From NCBI GenBank assembly GCA_043228905.1, contig JBHGNT010000005.1, positions 6,758,001-6,822,000 on the forward strand: 64,000 nt of DNA. The letters are read 5' to 3'. A model generated the notes under the pieces. That model saw only the letters and a list, made by a program, of their open reading frames with translations. It had not been told where the DNA came from and ran no database searches. Positions 14,104-27,635 of this stretch are shown piece after piece; position 1 is the first letter of the stretch, and each line of letters starts with the position of its first letter. The stretch is from Azolla caroliniana (Eukaryota > Plantae > Polypodiophyta). The position numbers and the translations under genes were made by a program.

Positions 14104-14330
14104 AGGATCAATCTAGGTCCTCAGCTACATAACCTCTCGTCTCTTCCGATAGCCAAGTGTCGGAATGATTGATCTAGGACCTCGTGCATAGCCTCTCGTC
14201 TCTTCCAATAACCAAGTGTGGGAATGATCAATCTAGGTCCTCTCGCGCAACCTCTCGTCTATTCCGAAAACCATGTCATTCTACGTTCTCTCACATAACC
14301 TCTCGTCTATTCCGACAACCATGTCATGGT
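14104..14330. repeat. Minisatellite, about 50-60-bp unit, about 4 copies
   Basis: Repeated ATCTAGG(T/A)CCTC...CCTCTCGTCT(C/A)TTCC motifs. Confidence 0.75.
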
Positions 14331-15564
14331 CCCTCATGGTCTCTGCCCTCCTCCTATACATTTCTTCCACGCGATTTGTCATGATCGGTTCTAGCATATT
14401 ATTAGATCAGGAAAAGCTCGTTGATCGCCATTGCCAAATGCTGACACGACCACAACTGTTTTTTTTTCTTGGGGGGGGGGGGGGGGGGGGGAAGGGGACT
14501 CTTTTCTCATCTTTCACGCAAAAATACAAATATTTAGCTTATATTCTCAATAAATCATCGTGCCCATCAGACAGATCTGAAGCTCGCCATAGCCATAGAT
14601 CTGTGCAATCAGTGTCGGATGTGATTTGACAATAAAAAAGAGAAACTGAAACAGGCGATGCCACCATAACCACACTAGCCAGCAAATAATCTACATTCAT
14701 TAGATATGATACGATCCAAATACGAAATTAATCATAGCAAACTTTCACTCATTAACTGAATCAACAATTAAAACAGAAACTACATGCATTCAGCAGGCAA
14801 AACCAACAGACAGATCACCATGGCCAAGCCTGTGTCTAACCATTTCTTACATTAACGAAATAGAAACGAAGATGAGATAGAAACCATGTCAGAAACATAT
14901 TCATGAATACAAAAACTGTGTCTGATTAGCAGAAGTCATCAATACAACCCTTGTCACCATCATCACGAGGAGGTAAGTCAAGATTATAAATAAAAAAAGA
15001 GCTCACACGTCCTCTTGCATAACAGATGAGAGAAAGGGCATCCATCGCAGAGTGGTATCACAGGCCGAGTGTTTTTAATCTTGTACAAATAAGCAGCTGA
15101 TACTACTCTGATTTTATGATGATTGGCGAAGTTCAGGCGTCCTTTACATGAAGTGGTTACAGATAAAAACAATGAAGAAAGATAGAACGAAAAATCAAAT
15201 CTAAAACAAAGAAATGAGAAGTAGGCAGGCAGATCTCTGACAGGACCTTGCTCACGCCATGATGATGATGATAAATGAAGAAAACTGAAGAATTGTGAAC
15301 TGCATAATCGTGATGAATGACAGATGGAGATGGTGATGGTGACGATATTAAGATGATGGATGAAGATGACAGGTGAAAGAAGGACGGCGCGGTCTGTGAC
15401 CTGCGTTAATGTGTGCAGAGATTTAAGTTATATTCCATTCATCTGCAGAAAAACGTCTCTTTTTTTCTGGTCCACACAAAGAAGAAGAAGAAGACTAAGA
15501 ACGCCATTGATCCTTGGTCTGAAGCTCCCTCACTCACACTTGAACTAATACTTGGAACACGTCT

Positions 15565-17537
15565 TCAAAGCGCAGATGTTGAAGCAAGCCATTTATTACA
15601 CTGCAATTGCTCAGATTTCATAACATTTGCGTGGAATGGTGAGCAATGAGGGGGGAGAAAGCATGGATTCGGGGGAGAAGAAGAGTAAATACTAGACACG
15701 GCAGGTGATTGAGACGATCCCCCCATATCTGACGACGTACCTGCGGTACAGAGAAAGTAAGAAGAACAAGACAAGGATGAGCAGCAGCAGCAGAAGAAGA
15801 AGAAGTAGGAGAAGACAGAGAATTGAATTAATGTAAACAATGACGGGTTAAATCAATACCAGGAGGAATGAATCGTGTCTGCAGAGGAGCTGCTGCTGCT
15901 GCTGAAGAAGAAGAAGAAGAAGAAGACAGCGATGGTAGACGAAGATGATGATTGGAGCTATGGCGATTCTCTTGTTGCATGCCTTCTTCTTCTTCTTCTT
16001 CTTCTTGCATATCCTGTGTGGTTTCTCCTCCTCCACCACCTCCTGGCTGTGCGATTTGATCTTGCAATGGGATTTGGTCTTCTCGACTGGTCGGATGCTC
16101 TTCGTCTTGAATTGGATTGAGGATGGGCGGGAGATGCTGTGGCGTCTGATGGCACAGAGGATGCGTCTTCTTCTTCCTGTGGGCGACCAGGTTGCATTTG
16201 AAGGCGAATTTCATGCCGCAGCTGCAGACGAGCGGCTCCCCGCAGAGCTTCTGGTGGTCCCTCAGATCCACCTCGATGTAGAAGCGCTTCCCACACTTGC
16301 TGCAGGCGTGCGCCTTCTCCCCCTCTGAGTGCTTCCGCCCGAAATGCCGCCTCAGCTCGTACAGCCCCACGAACGCCCGCTTGCACAGCGGGCACCGCGA
16401 TGGTATCTTCTTGTTCTGCCCCGCCTTCAGCGATGGCGGCACTGTCGCCAGGGAATGATGAACCTCCACTGACGCAGGAGCAGCTCCATCGCCCCTCCTC
16501 ATCCCGCCCACTCCATCGCTCAGATCCTTCCTATTGCCACTACTGCTCTTCTTCTTGCTGCTGCTGCTGTTGTTGTTGTTGACGCCATTGCCGCTGCAGT
16601 GCGTCTTGTGATGCATCCGCAGTGTCTGAGGATTCTTGAACGTTTTCAGACACCCGCCGTAGCCGCATCTGTACGGCCGTCGGTTCTGTATAAGGTGTAT
16701 GGGCACGATCGACGCGCATTGCTTCTTCTGCTCCATCGACTGCTTCTGTACGAGCTTCTGAAGGTCTGCCGAAATGGCCGGGTCGCACACGTTGAAGAAG
16801 GCCTGGAGGGAGCAGCGGAGGGCTAAGGAGTCGGATGGCTTCTGATCTATCCGGTGATGCTTCCGCTTCTGCTCAACAGAAACGGCGTGGCTCTGATCTG
16901 AGCCTGCGAAAAGCGGTTCCAAAGGGAGAAACGGCAATGCATTTCCTTGCAGGGAAGAAGACGACGATGACGAGAGTCCATACTGTACAGAAATAGATTC
17001 GAGAGGGGGACCATACTGTGAAGAAGAGGGAGATGGAGAGGAAGATAAGACGCCATACTGAGCGGAGAGAGAATCCAGAGAGGAACCGTAGGGTGCAGGA
17101 GAAGGAGGAGCCGAGGAAGCTTCTGGAGCCTGATTGTGAGCGAGATGATCTTGGGGTGAAGAAGGGAATGGGCAGATGATGGATTTGAGGGTACTAACCA
17201 GGTTCGGGTGCATTGTGGGTGTGGTGATCTGAGTTCCCTCAGAGGCTTGGCCGACGGAGGAGCCATGGATCTGGGATTGTGCAGAAGCAGCGGCTATGGA
17301 GGCCACCATATCCAGGGACAGGGGGACATTACTGTCGAAGAGATGGTGAGGAGGCATGACGAGGTCGGATGGGTTCAAAGGCACGGAAGATTGAGGGGCT
17401 TCTTCTGCAAGGGATGGGGGAGGAAGGGGAGGGTGGGATTGGGGGGAGGAGAAAGAGAGGAGGAAAGAGCAGGAGGAGGAGGAGGAGGAGGAGGAGGAGG
17501 GATGAGAATATGAAGAAAGAAGAGGGGGAGAAGACAT
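15565..17537 (-). CDS. C2H2 zinc-finger transcription factor with a WIP/STOP1/IDD-type four-finger array; exons 17537-15860 and 15740-15565 (617 aa spliced; 569 aa if unspliced, ending at 15828)
   Basis: Fingers YRCGYGGCLKTFKNPQTLRMHHKTH, CPLCKRAFVGLYELRRHFGRKH, HACSKCGKRFYIEVDLRDHQKLCG and CSCGMKFAFKCNLVAH parallel the WIP/STOP1 pattern (H.KRKH..K...C.KC.K.F....D.R.H.K.CG....C.CG..F..K..L..H). GC-rich frame. Phase-1 donor CCTG|GTATTG at 15860/15859 and pyrimidine-tract acceptor CCGCAG|GT at 15741/15740. Confidence 0.9.
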
Positions 17538-20500
17538 GAAAAGGAGACAGAGCGGCGATGGCGATGGCGATGGCGATGGCGGAGCTAGCAGTGTATGAAC
17601 ACAGAGACACAGTCACAGACACACAGAGAGAGAGAGAGAGGTCATAGAAGAAGACGAAGAAGAAGAAGCAGAAAGGAGAAGAGAGAGAAGGGGAGAAGGA
17701 AAATGCGGACTAGGCGCCGCGTGGCAGCAGTAAAAAAAAATATTTATTTTATTTCATTTTCTCGTTTTATTTTTATTTAAATTTTCTTCTTCTTCTTTTT
17801 TATCTTTTAAAGAAATGAAAAAATGAAAAAAAAGAGGAGAAATAAATACAAAAAATCTCTGCCCTCCGACACGAGCCCCGATGCCGTGGCCTCCTTCCTT
17901 CCTTCCTTTTGGGTTAAGTAGTAGTGGTGGTCTTGTTTTCTGTTTTCTTTTTATTTGTCGCTTTTCTGGTTTCACACTGTGTCCGCGGACAGCTCGCCCG
18001 CTGCTTGTGAATGAAGAGGGCACGAGCTCTCTCTCTACACATATATACAAAATAATCAGCTGCGTAGACAGAACAGACAAATAGACAGACAGACAGACAG
18101 ACATCAACCATGTCATGTGTTGTGTGTGTGTGTGTATGTGTGTGTTTGTGAGATCCAATGATGCCTTAATTTCCGTTATTTTATTTACTTCTTCCTCCTT
18201 TTTTGTCCTCTTCTCCATCCACTTCTATGCCATGCCAGTGGCCACCACCACCTGGTCCCTCCACCACCATCATTGCCCCACAAGAGTTCTCGATGCCCGG
18301 CATAGCCCGAATGCCTGTCGGGGCTACGCTGCCTCCTTATGGTTGAATTTCACTTAGCATGCATCAGGCTCAGCACAACACCTTCCATGTTGGTCGCACT
18401 GGCTTGCTTCTTCCCTTCCATCTGAGACAAACCATGGACAACGACTACATAATGGCCTACATCCAACAAAATGCCCCTACGAAAAAATCCATGCAATTCC
18501 AATGGGTTTATCTCATCTGCCAACTATGAATGGGTTGGCCACTTCATATGGATATTCACATAGTCATCATGGGTTGTTATGGGTCAAGAAAACGTCTCTC
18601 ATGCCTAATATTCGATTCACACTCAATAATTGTACAAAAATCAATGCAGACATGTTCACATGTCCTTGGGAGCCTTTTGAAAAGTCCATGTTCATGATAT
18701 GAGGACTTCTTCATGCTCGGGTTACAATTGAACTCCTAAAACGATATCCATGAAACATTGGGGTTGGTGGTGAATCTTCAATTGATCTAAAACAATCAAG
18801 GTGGCCTACTCAAAAAGCCATGTATATATATGACGGGTTTTTTGTTGGTTGGAACAATTTAACAACTACCTAAGTTTTAGTTTAAAAATGCACAAATGGA
18901 AAACATGCACATGCAATGTTTTTTCACTGGTCACATAATCAAGACGAAGCAAATTACCCTCTTTAGCATTCCATGCAAATGTCTTAGGCCAACCCAAGAC
19001 AAGTAAGGCCTGACAACAAATGTTTGAGTGAGTAAGAAGGAAATATACGGCAAACCCCCAGTATAACCATAACGCTATTGGAAAACCTTTTGAAGTAGTG
19101 AATTTGATACCTACACATTTGGATGCTTGTGTATCTATTTAATTGGCAGTTGCTTGCATCATTCATGAATGCTCTACCACTACCCTTTTAACCAGTAGGT
19201 TGGTGTGATCTAGACAAAGTGACAATTTAGAAAACCTTTTGACTCACAATGCAAAGTTTTGTCTCTTCTTCAAACACCCAAACATCTCCCGACCCCTTGC
19301 CCCCTTATCTCACACACACAAACAAACTTGCTAAACATCCAAACATATTTTTACGATTTTTGTTTTGTTCTTTTTACTCTTCAAAATATGAGAGCCATAA
19401 GAGACAAAAGGCACTCGTTGCATGTAGCTTGTGTTGAAGACACGACAATGACACATAACTCTCCACATTTATAGCCATGAGAAACGTGCAGGTGCCCACT
19501 AGCCACTAGCCAAGACTCTCCCTTAAGTCTAGACTCTCAACCTTGCGGACACCTTCTTTCATGAGTCCTCCTTTCCCACATTGTACTATCCATCCCGATA
19601 TATTCTATTTAATTTCTATATCACTCAATGTTTGACTTTCTACCGGCTTTTTGTCATGTCTCTATTAGTTTAAATTTTCAAAACGATTTCATAGATTGGG
19701 AAACATGGAGTTAGTTCTTTGTGGTTCCAATGTCAAAACTTAACATTGGTACCATTGCATGGTAAAACGTAATATGAACATGATCCCTTTATACGTAATG
19801 AAACACATATCGGACATCCTTGTCAACTCAGTCTAACAAATTAGCGCATAAAATTGCAATATCACATGAAAGGACATTTGTTAGTTTTGGATGAATGCAA
19901 CTTGCAGTCAATAAATGGTTTGGAAGATGGGAGTTGTTATGCTTCCTTTATGAGGCCTAGATCGATTTCTAAGTGAGTGGTGCCTTTTTACAATGCCAAT
20001 GTATCACAAATCACAACCCTAAGTGATTTGTACACATAAATAATAAAAATTAGAGCCCAAACCTCTGCCTACAATTTCATGGCATCTCTTCCATGTGAAT
20101 TAGCTCACATTTTTTGGGTGTGAAACAAGAAACCCTAAAAAACAAAACCCAATGAACACATAATTGTGAAGAGAGAAAGTCACGTTTTAGCTCTTTTTTG
20201 TAGTTCTCAATCTTTCTAAGCTTGAGTTTAGTTCTTCTAAACTCTCTCCCTGCTTTATCCACTTGATTACTCCTATTTAAACACAAAAGTCTTAAGTTTC
20301 ACTCTTAAGGACTTGGATTCTCTTGTATTAAGTGTTGTAGTTTACGGTATCTGATCAAAGTGTGTTTGGTCGTCCGTGTCTTATGTGCCTTTTAAATTTA
20401 GCGCATAAGTAGTGTAAAGAACCGCATATAGAGATTTGTGTTTGGTCGTCTGTATCTATTTTTGTGTAGCGGAATAGAGATGTGTGTGTGTATGTGTACG

Positions 20501-22213
20501 TGAGAGAGAGAGGGAGGGATATAGTCGACACACGATAGAAGTTACATCTTATAACACATAGTTATGTTAAATAGTGGTGGTGGTGTGTCCACACACTTTG
20601 TAGTCTTAGGAGGTGTTCACACCATAGGGAAGTTGAGTTTGATTCTCAACAAGTACGTCTATTGACTAAATTTGTTAAGTAGGTTAGTCTCAAGAGTAGT
20701 TAGGAATTATCGTTTAGTGGTTATATCTTACATCAACAAGTAGATGCAAAGGAGAGATCAGAAGCATAGTAAAACACCAAGAACTATAACACACAAAGTT
20801 AGCCATTGAAGTACAAGTGATTTAGTGGTGACAAAGAATAATAGTAATTAACAAATATTAGGGAGTCATGAAGCCCAATAGCTAGTGGCGAAGGGCATTA
20901 CTATTAGGATGAGAATCATATATTCCTTTTGGAGCAAAGGTTTCATTTGGCTAGTTATGGTGGGTGGATTGTCTATATGAGTTGGTTTGTGATGAAGGAA
21001 TATCACTTTGAGTATATGTTATTTTTGTATAGTTATAGAGAAACATAGTCATTGTATGTTTACTAGTTACCTAGTGGCAAGATATATTTAGACACTTATA
21101 CGAACAAGACATGCTTCTCAAATTGGAGTGTCAAAATCCCGTTTCCAATGGTGTTTGCTTAAAGTGATGCATTGAAAAGAGAACATGTTCTTACAAAAGA
21201 AACAATTTCTTCTGCGAAGTTCTCATAATTTTTTGGTACACCAAGATTTTGAATAACTAGTTCATACATGAAAAGTACACACATGTCAAACAACATATTA
21301 GAAATCACACTTGAATGTTGTTAACACACATAAGATTAAGAATGGATAATAATTTCTTAATGAAAATTTAACGATTAAAGAGCAAAGAGACTATTTGAGA
21401 AAACATGGCATCAAGACCACAACCAATGATAGGATAGAAATTGTGAAACGTACATGTAATGTATGAGAGAATGGCAAAACTGATTAAGTGGCACCCAAAG
21501 AAAAGAGAAGAGAAGAGAATGGCAACATGTGAAAGAGGAATGAGAAAGGCACCATGATAACGCGTAAAATTATAAAGAGATTTGCACAAGAAAAGCCGCA
21601 AAAAAGATAGAAAATCTATGCAAGGGATAATATAGAAAAAGAGAGAGGGGGGTAAACTAACTTGGTTTTTGCTTATTTTCCTAAATGCCCCTAAGGTTTT
21701 ACATATTTCATTAGAGTGATTTGTCATCCACCTTATGATTGGCAAGATAACACTAGCACAAGGGGGTGGTGGAAGGGCATAGGAGACGTTACGAACATAG
21801 GGGGGTGATCAAATTGTTTAGCATGAACAAAGAGCTATATTGTTAGAAAATGATAGATATGGATGGGTTCCAAGGATTAGCCAAAGAGCAGCGGGGGCGA
21901 CACAACACAATGTATTCACGGGGGCAAACATATGCCTTATGGGTCTGGAGTACCCACCTACTTCATCACATGTGGGGGGGTTCGTAAAAAGCAAACGAAC
22001 AGAAATAAATAATAATAATAAACGGGATAGAAGAAAAAAAACGAGAAGGTATGTAGTGAAACAAATAGGGAAAATAATGATTTTTAAGGGGGTATTTTTT
22101 AACAAGCAGATAAGAAGAATGGAGGGGGGAGAAAAAGAAGACGCAAAAAGCAAAAAGCAAAAGAGAGAGGAGGAGAGAGAAAGTGAAGAGGCGAGTCCGT
22201 TGAGTTCCCAACC

Positions 22214-22250
<37 letters not shown>

Positions 22251-22267
22251 ACAGAGAGAGACAGAGA

Positions 22268-23573
22268 ATGGCGCGCTGCTTTTCTTGCTTTTCTGGCGGG
22301 AGAGCTGACGTGGCGGGGCCCGTCGAAGCATCCGGCGACGCACATGCAGCGGGCGGCGAGGATGACGGCAGCCCGCACGTGCGGGACCCGGCGGTGGAGG
22401 CAGAGATCCGACGGCTGGTGAAGGAGGAGATGGAGGAGGTGCACGCGCGGATGGAGAGGATGAAAGGCGACCTGGCCAAGGAAATGGGCTACCCACTGGC
22501 CACACGCCTCATACACGAGGTGTCCTCGGTCTTCGATGCCACCGTCCATAAGACTTCTCTCCGGAACCAGCCCAACCCCTGGGGCTGGCTCCAAGGTAGC
22601 TACGAGTTTAAACGTGCCCTCCACGACCAGTCCGCTGCCCACATACCCGTCGACATGAAGTCGGTCGAAGCCATCTCGTACAAGGCCGCCCAGATCATGG
22701 CCCATTCCAATAGTTGAGCATCTTCTCTCTTTTCTTGGACATTAATGACATTACGCAACGCCCGTAACGTTAGACTTGCATCCAAAATACACCTTCACCA
22801 AGAGGAGCTCGCGACCATCAACGGCACTATCTTTTGATGCGTTTAGTTAGTGTTTCGAATGGGGTTAGATTTTCTATGGGGTTGAGGTTCTTTTAGAGTT
22901 TTGAATGCTTTAAAGCTTGGAGTTTTTTGTTTGCGGTTATTGATTTAGGATTAAAATTTTGTTGTTAGGCAACCACGTTTTAGGGCCTTAATGTTTTCAA
23001 TATTTCGAGGTTTAGGAATATAATTTTCACCTCTTACTATGAGAAAAATTCCATGTTTCTTTCTTGAAATTTTACTCCCAACTTGTCATGACAATGATTT
23101 TTGACCCAATTACTAAAATTTAATGTTCTACAGAGAAAATTGTTAAGAGCTACCCTGAACAACTCTACATGGAGATCAAGAGCTTTAGAGACAAGGGTTA
23201 CATGGATGCACTTGAGAGTAGTGACCCGGATCTCCAAAGTTTCCTCAAGCTATCCAACTTTTTCGCAACAACATTTATTGCAAGGCCTCGACTACTACAA
23301 CTCACAAGCTTCATGTTGCAACGGATCAGGGAAGAACTCTCCATATATTGGCACACATGGGATAAGCTTCCCTTTAGTTGGATGGAGAGGTGGCATGAAG
23401 GGGAAGCTTGGTTCCAAGCTGTTATGGAGTGCTTCAACGAGATAAATGCAAAGGGAGAGGTTGAAGTCGGAGGTCGCCTACCAAAAACAATAATTGATTT
23501 GGTTAGAGAGTTTGATTGCGTGGAAGAGAACACGAGAAGGATTTATGGGGGTAGGTTAATGCATGTATTTTAA
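22268..23573 (+). pseudogene. Unidentified two-segment gene or pseudogene (22268 to about 22835, and 23134-23573), possibly a transposon accessory gene
   Basis: GC-rich 149-aa ORF with a coiled-coil-like stretch. The frame reopens after TGA (22715-22717) for about 39 codons. A branch-like TACTAAA and acceptor CTACAG (23133) precede a 134+ aa ORF. No family recognised. Confidence 0.45.
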
Positions 23574-26500
23574 GTGTGAATGGCCACGAAGAAAACACTT
23601 CTTTGTCCAGATAGTCATAGGAAAACAACCCCTCATGTTCATATGTGATTGGTTGTTGAATGGGCAACGATAAAAATCACAAGTGACAAACAATAATGCA
23701 AACAACAACAAAAATCACAATCTACAAATAATCTCATCGACAACAGGAAATTGCTTCATGTATGATTGGGCAGGAACACATTTGTACCCTGTGATGCATT
23801 TTTAGACTATCTAGAAAGAACATGAGCATGAAATGCTTGAATGGAAACATAAATAGAGAGAGAGATGATATTTTCCCATCATTGGGAGGCAACAAACTTG
23901 ATATATGGGATCCATAAAGAGGGTTACAAGGATGTTCCCTCTTTTGCTCTAAATGGTGTAGTGGCACATCCTTTTTTTTACTTGTAAACCCCCTAAGAGG
24001 GGGAGTGTGTATATGGTTTGTGTTCCACATCAACATGTATCCGAACATTTGTGTTGCTTATGTATGATTTCATGGATTCACGCGATGACTTCGAGAATTT
24101 CCAATCATTACAGCCAATAAGAGTAAGGAAGTTGGCTCCTTTGAGCAAATAATTCACCAATTTGAAGAGATGAAACAATCTGAGTTGCTCACGCCTCAAG
24201 TTGCACGACTCAATTTTGTTTGCTATGCTCTTCTTGACAATTCGTACGAGATCAAGGCCCGATACATTGCCTCGACAAAACAAAAGCAACACGAGAGGTA
24301 TAAATACCTTAGCTTTTATAATATGTAACAAACTCCAATATATGTTAATAATAACGGAACCTTGAAGTTTATGTAAATGTATAGAATTGTACTATTATAA
24401 CATCCTTTTAAATGTTTGATGTAACTATCACAATGATTCATATATTTACATAACATAGGAAATCGTCTATATCCAAATCACTCAATTCTATTAGTGGAGC
24501 CAAATTGAGCATTAATTCTCGATCGTCGACCATGAGTCTTCCAAGCCGATGAAACAACTCCAGCTCACGGTGAGTTACATCTTGTCTTGCTTTGAGAATT
24601 ATGTTTGTAACGTATTTGACAATAACTTAAAAAAGAGGTTGTCTTGTAATTGCAATGCCCTCAAATCAATCCATTCCAAAATATGTGGATTTTGAGGGGT
24701 TCGATGATTAACGCACCTATAAATCCCTCATCCCACCCACACAATTTATATGTTTAAGATACAATTTGAAGAAATTCTCTCATTCCTAAATATTAGGTAG
24801 ATCACTCACGAGAATCTAAATAACCATTACACACATGTCGTGATTCAAGCAAATGATTGTATGAGCACTATTATCTTTTGGATGATCTCGTTGTGAATAC
24901 ATGTGCCCATGCTTTTGCTAAAAGCTCACACAATGGCGATCGACTACATATCAATACTTTAAGTTGTGCCATTTGTTGTAGCAAGAATTGCACTTGTCAA
25001 TAAATATATAAATGAATACCTACCATGTTCGTCCATGTTTGAAGGGATGCCAAATATATAATTGAATCATGTTGAGTATTTGTGATTTCATATATTTTGT
25101 AATTGACAATCGATTCCTCTTTGTTGTGTGAACAATGTACGGTAAAAGGATGACAATTACTTTTTTGTAACATGGAAAAGATGATACTTTTGAAGTGCCT
25201 TCGTATCTATTGCGGGATATGTGACATTGAAAAACAATAATATAAGATAAGAAGAATAGGTCTAAAATGGAAATTAAGTTCCTATGTTAGACTAAATATG
25301 ACGCCTTTGAGCCGATGATTCTTCAAACTGGTTGTGTAATTGTATTTTTCATCTATGACTTTAAAGTTTAAACAGAAGTATTCTTCATGTACTATCCCAT
25401 GAAAATCAACCCAATTCTTCTCCACACTTCTAATCAACGACATATACCCACTTACTGAATAAATGCTATTAACAAAAAACAAATAGAATGTATAACTATT
25501 ATTGATGCTTGAATAATATATCTTGTTGCCCTTTATGTGCAACTTCTTCGTTTTCACTATATGTTATTGAGAATATGTTAATATGCACGACCTCAAACTA
25601 AGGTTATCTAGAGTTTTAATAACATTAGTTGTCGTATAGCTCATTGGGCACATTCACCTTCGCTTAAAAAAATGCAAACATAAATCTGTTGAATATGTGT
25701 TTGTGTGTAGTTTCCCAATGCTCATAGATAGCTTGTAATGATTATTGAGAACAACAAAGTATTATAGAAATAATCAATTCACATATGATGAAAGCATAAC
25801 CTTTTTTAACATAAGCATTGAGTTCTTCTTTGTCATGGAAGCGCATAACATCATTAAACATGCTTGATGAATGGAACACATGAAGAAATATGTAGGGAAA
25901 ACAAGACACTCAGTCAAACACAACCATCACAATAAATGTTGTATGGCCAAAGAATGTTAGTTGTAAACCTAATCAAATTGTGACAATGCTAAACATTATA
26001 CTGAATTGTGACAATGGTTCACTCCATACATGTATTCCTTTCACAACACAACATTCCTCTCAACTATGATATTTATTGGTGACCTTCTTCAACATCAAGA
26101 ATCGCATGTGAACTCATCGCCTATTATGTAAAAATGAGTTGGTTTTGGTTTCATAAGTCATACTTGACCTTCGAGGATGACATTATACTATATGTATCTC
26201 AAACATACAAATGGAGTGAGATGCCTCCATGGGTTATCTCACTCACATGCTCTCACGAGAAAAACAAAATATTTCAAAACACCAATCCTCCTTAAGTTAT
26301 ATGAATAAATGTTTCATATAGGAATATATATAGTGGGAGCCTGAGAGGAACAATGTGTGTTAGAAAAAGGGGACTATCCAAAAGAAAGGGAAATGAAGGA
26401 TAAAAATGCACGAGAACTTATTAGCACAAATGTACAAACTTATTAATGAAGTGTCAAAGAAGAATTAGGAACTAGTTCCATATTGGTCAACAATCTTGTC

Positions 26501-27635
26501 ATTAAGAAAGAGCACTAAAGAGTTATTGTGGGGCACAATGTCCCCTACCCATTGCATTATCACGAAAAGAACAAAACTCATGGTCCTTTAAAAATGTGAT
26601 TAGTGAGCACAAAAGAGAGAGGGGACCCACGAGAGAGAGAAGAAGAAATATGTGAAGGCATGTTGGAATATGATGTTATCCTCGAATGCCTAAACGAAAG
26701 GCCAAATTTGTGTTCTACTTGATAGTTCAAAATAGTAGAGCTTGAATGGGCGTGTTGAGATAATAGCCTATAGGCTTAACCATGTGCACGATACACGCTC
26801 CTTAGAGCATGTGTGTGTAGAAGTACGCCATTGACTTGATGAATGAGAGATACATTTGATTGAGTGAAATAGATTCCTAATATATTCCACTAATTTTTAT
26901 GTCATTACTATATTGTTCCTAACTTCTACATGTAAATTCATAAAAGAAGTATATAACCAAAGCCACTCTCATGTATAAAGTGGCTTTCCTTGATCTGTAG
27001 TTATGTTTGGCATTATTTGCAACTCGATTTGTATAATCATCTCTAGTTCTTTTGCACAGTATTGAGGTATGAGGGTTAGTCTTTGACATATTTTCTTCAT
27101 TGTTTGTGTTTTATTCTTGTAGCTGTTTGTTTATATAAGAGCCAGCTTATACATATTGACGTGGTTGACCATTGTTATCGTAGTGTATTTACATAGCTCA
27201 TGTGTGAAATAAGTTCATTGTTGTTCACTAGGAAGGTGAAAGGAGGAAGACGAAGAGAAGAGAGAAAAACTATCAATAAAATGAACACGTAAGTGGAATG
27301 GACACCTTAGATACCCCACTCACCCTCCCTCCATTACTAGATTGTTCATGGATTGTTTAGAAGTTCTATACAATCTAAGTCCATTTGTTATGTAGAGTGT
27401 TGGTTATCTTGGAATAATAGTTGTTTTATGTTGAGTAACATATTTAGCTTAATTGTATAATCATCTCCCATTTTTGCTGAGTCAACACATTTTGTTAAAT
27501 CTTATGTATTCTCTTTTTCTCTCCTCTATATAACACACAACACGAACGCACATATATATCTTATTTAATATATTCTCTTGCGTAGGACTACATTATATAA
27601 CTATTGTCACGCTAATCTCCTTTGGAGTTTTTACA

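Noticed and set aside
15848-17622. Overlapping alternative-frame and antisense ORFs over the zinc-finger gene (likewise 21818-22785)
   Set aside because: Shadow ORFs expected in GC-rich coding DNA; no independent motifs.
22715-22717. TGA as selenocysteine or programmed readthrough
   Set aside because: Land plants lack the Sec machinery. A CGA-to-TGA mutation or a true stop is simpler.
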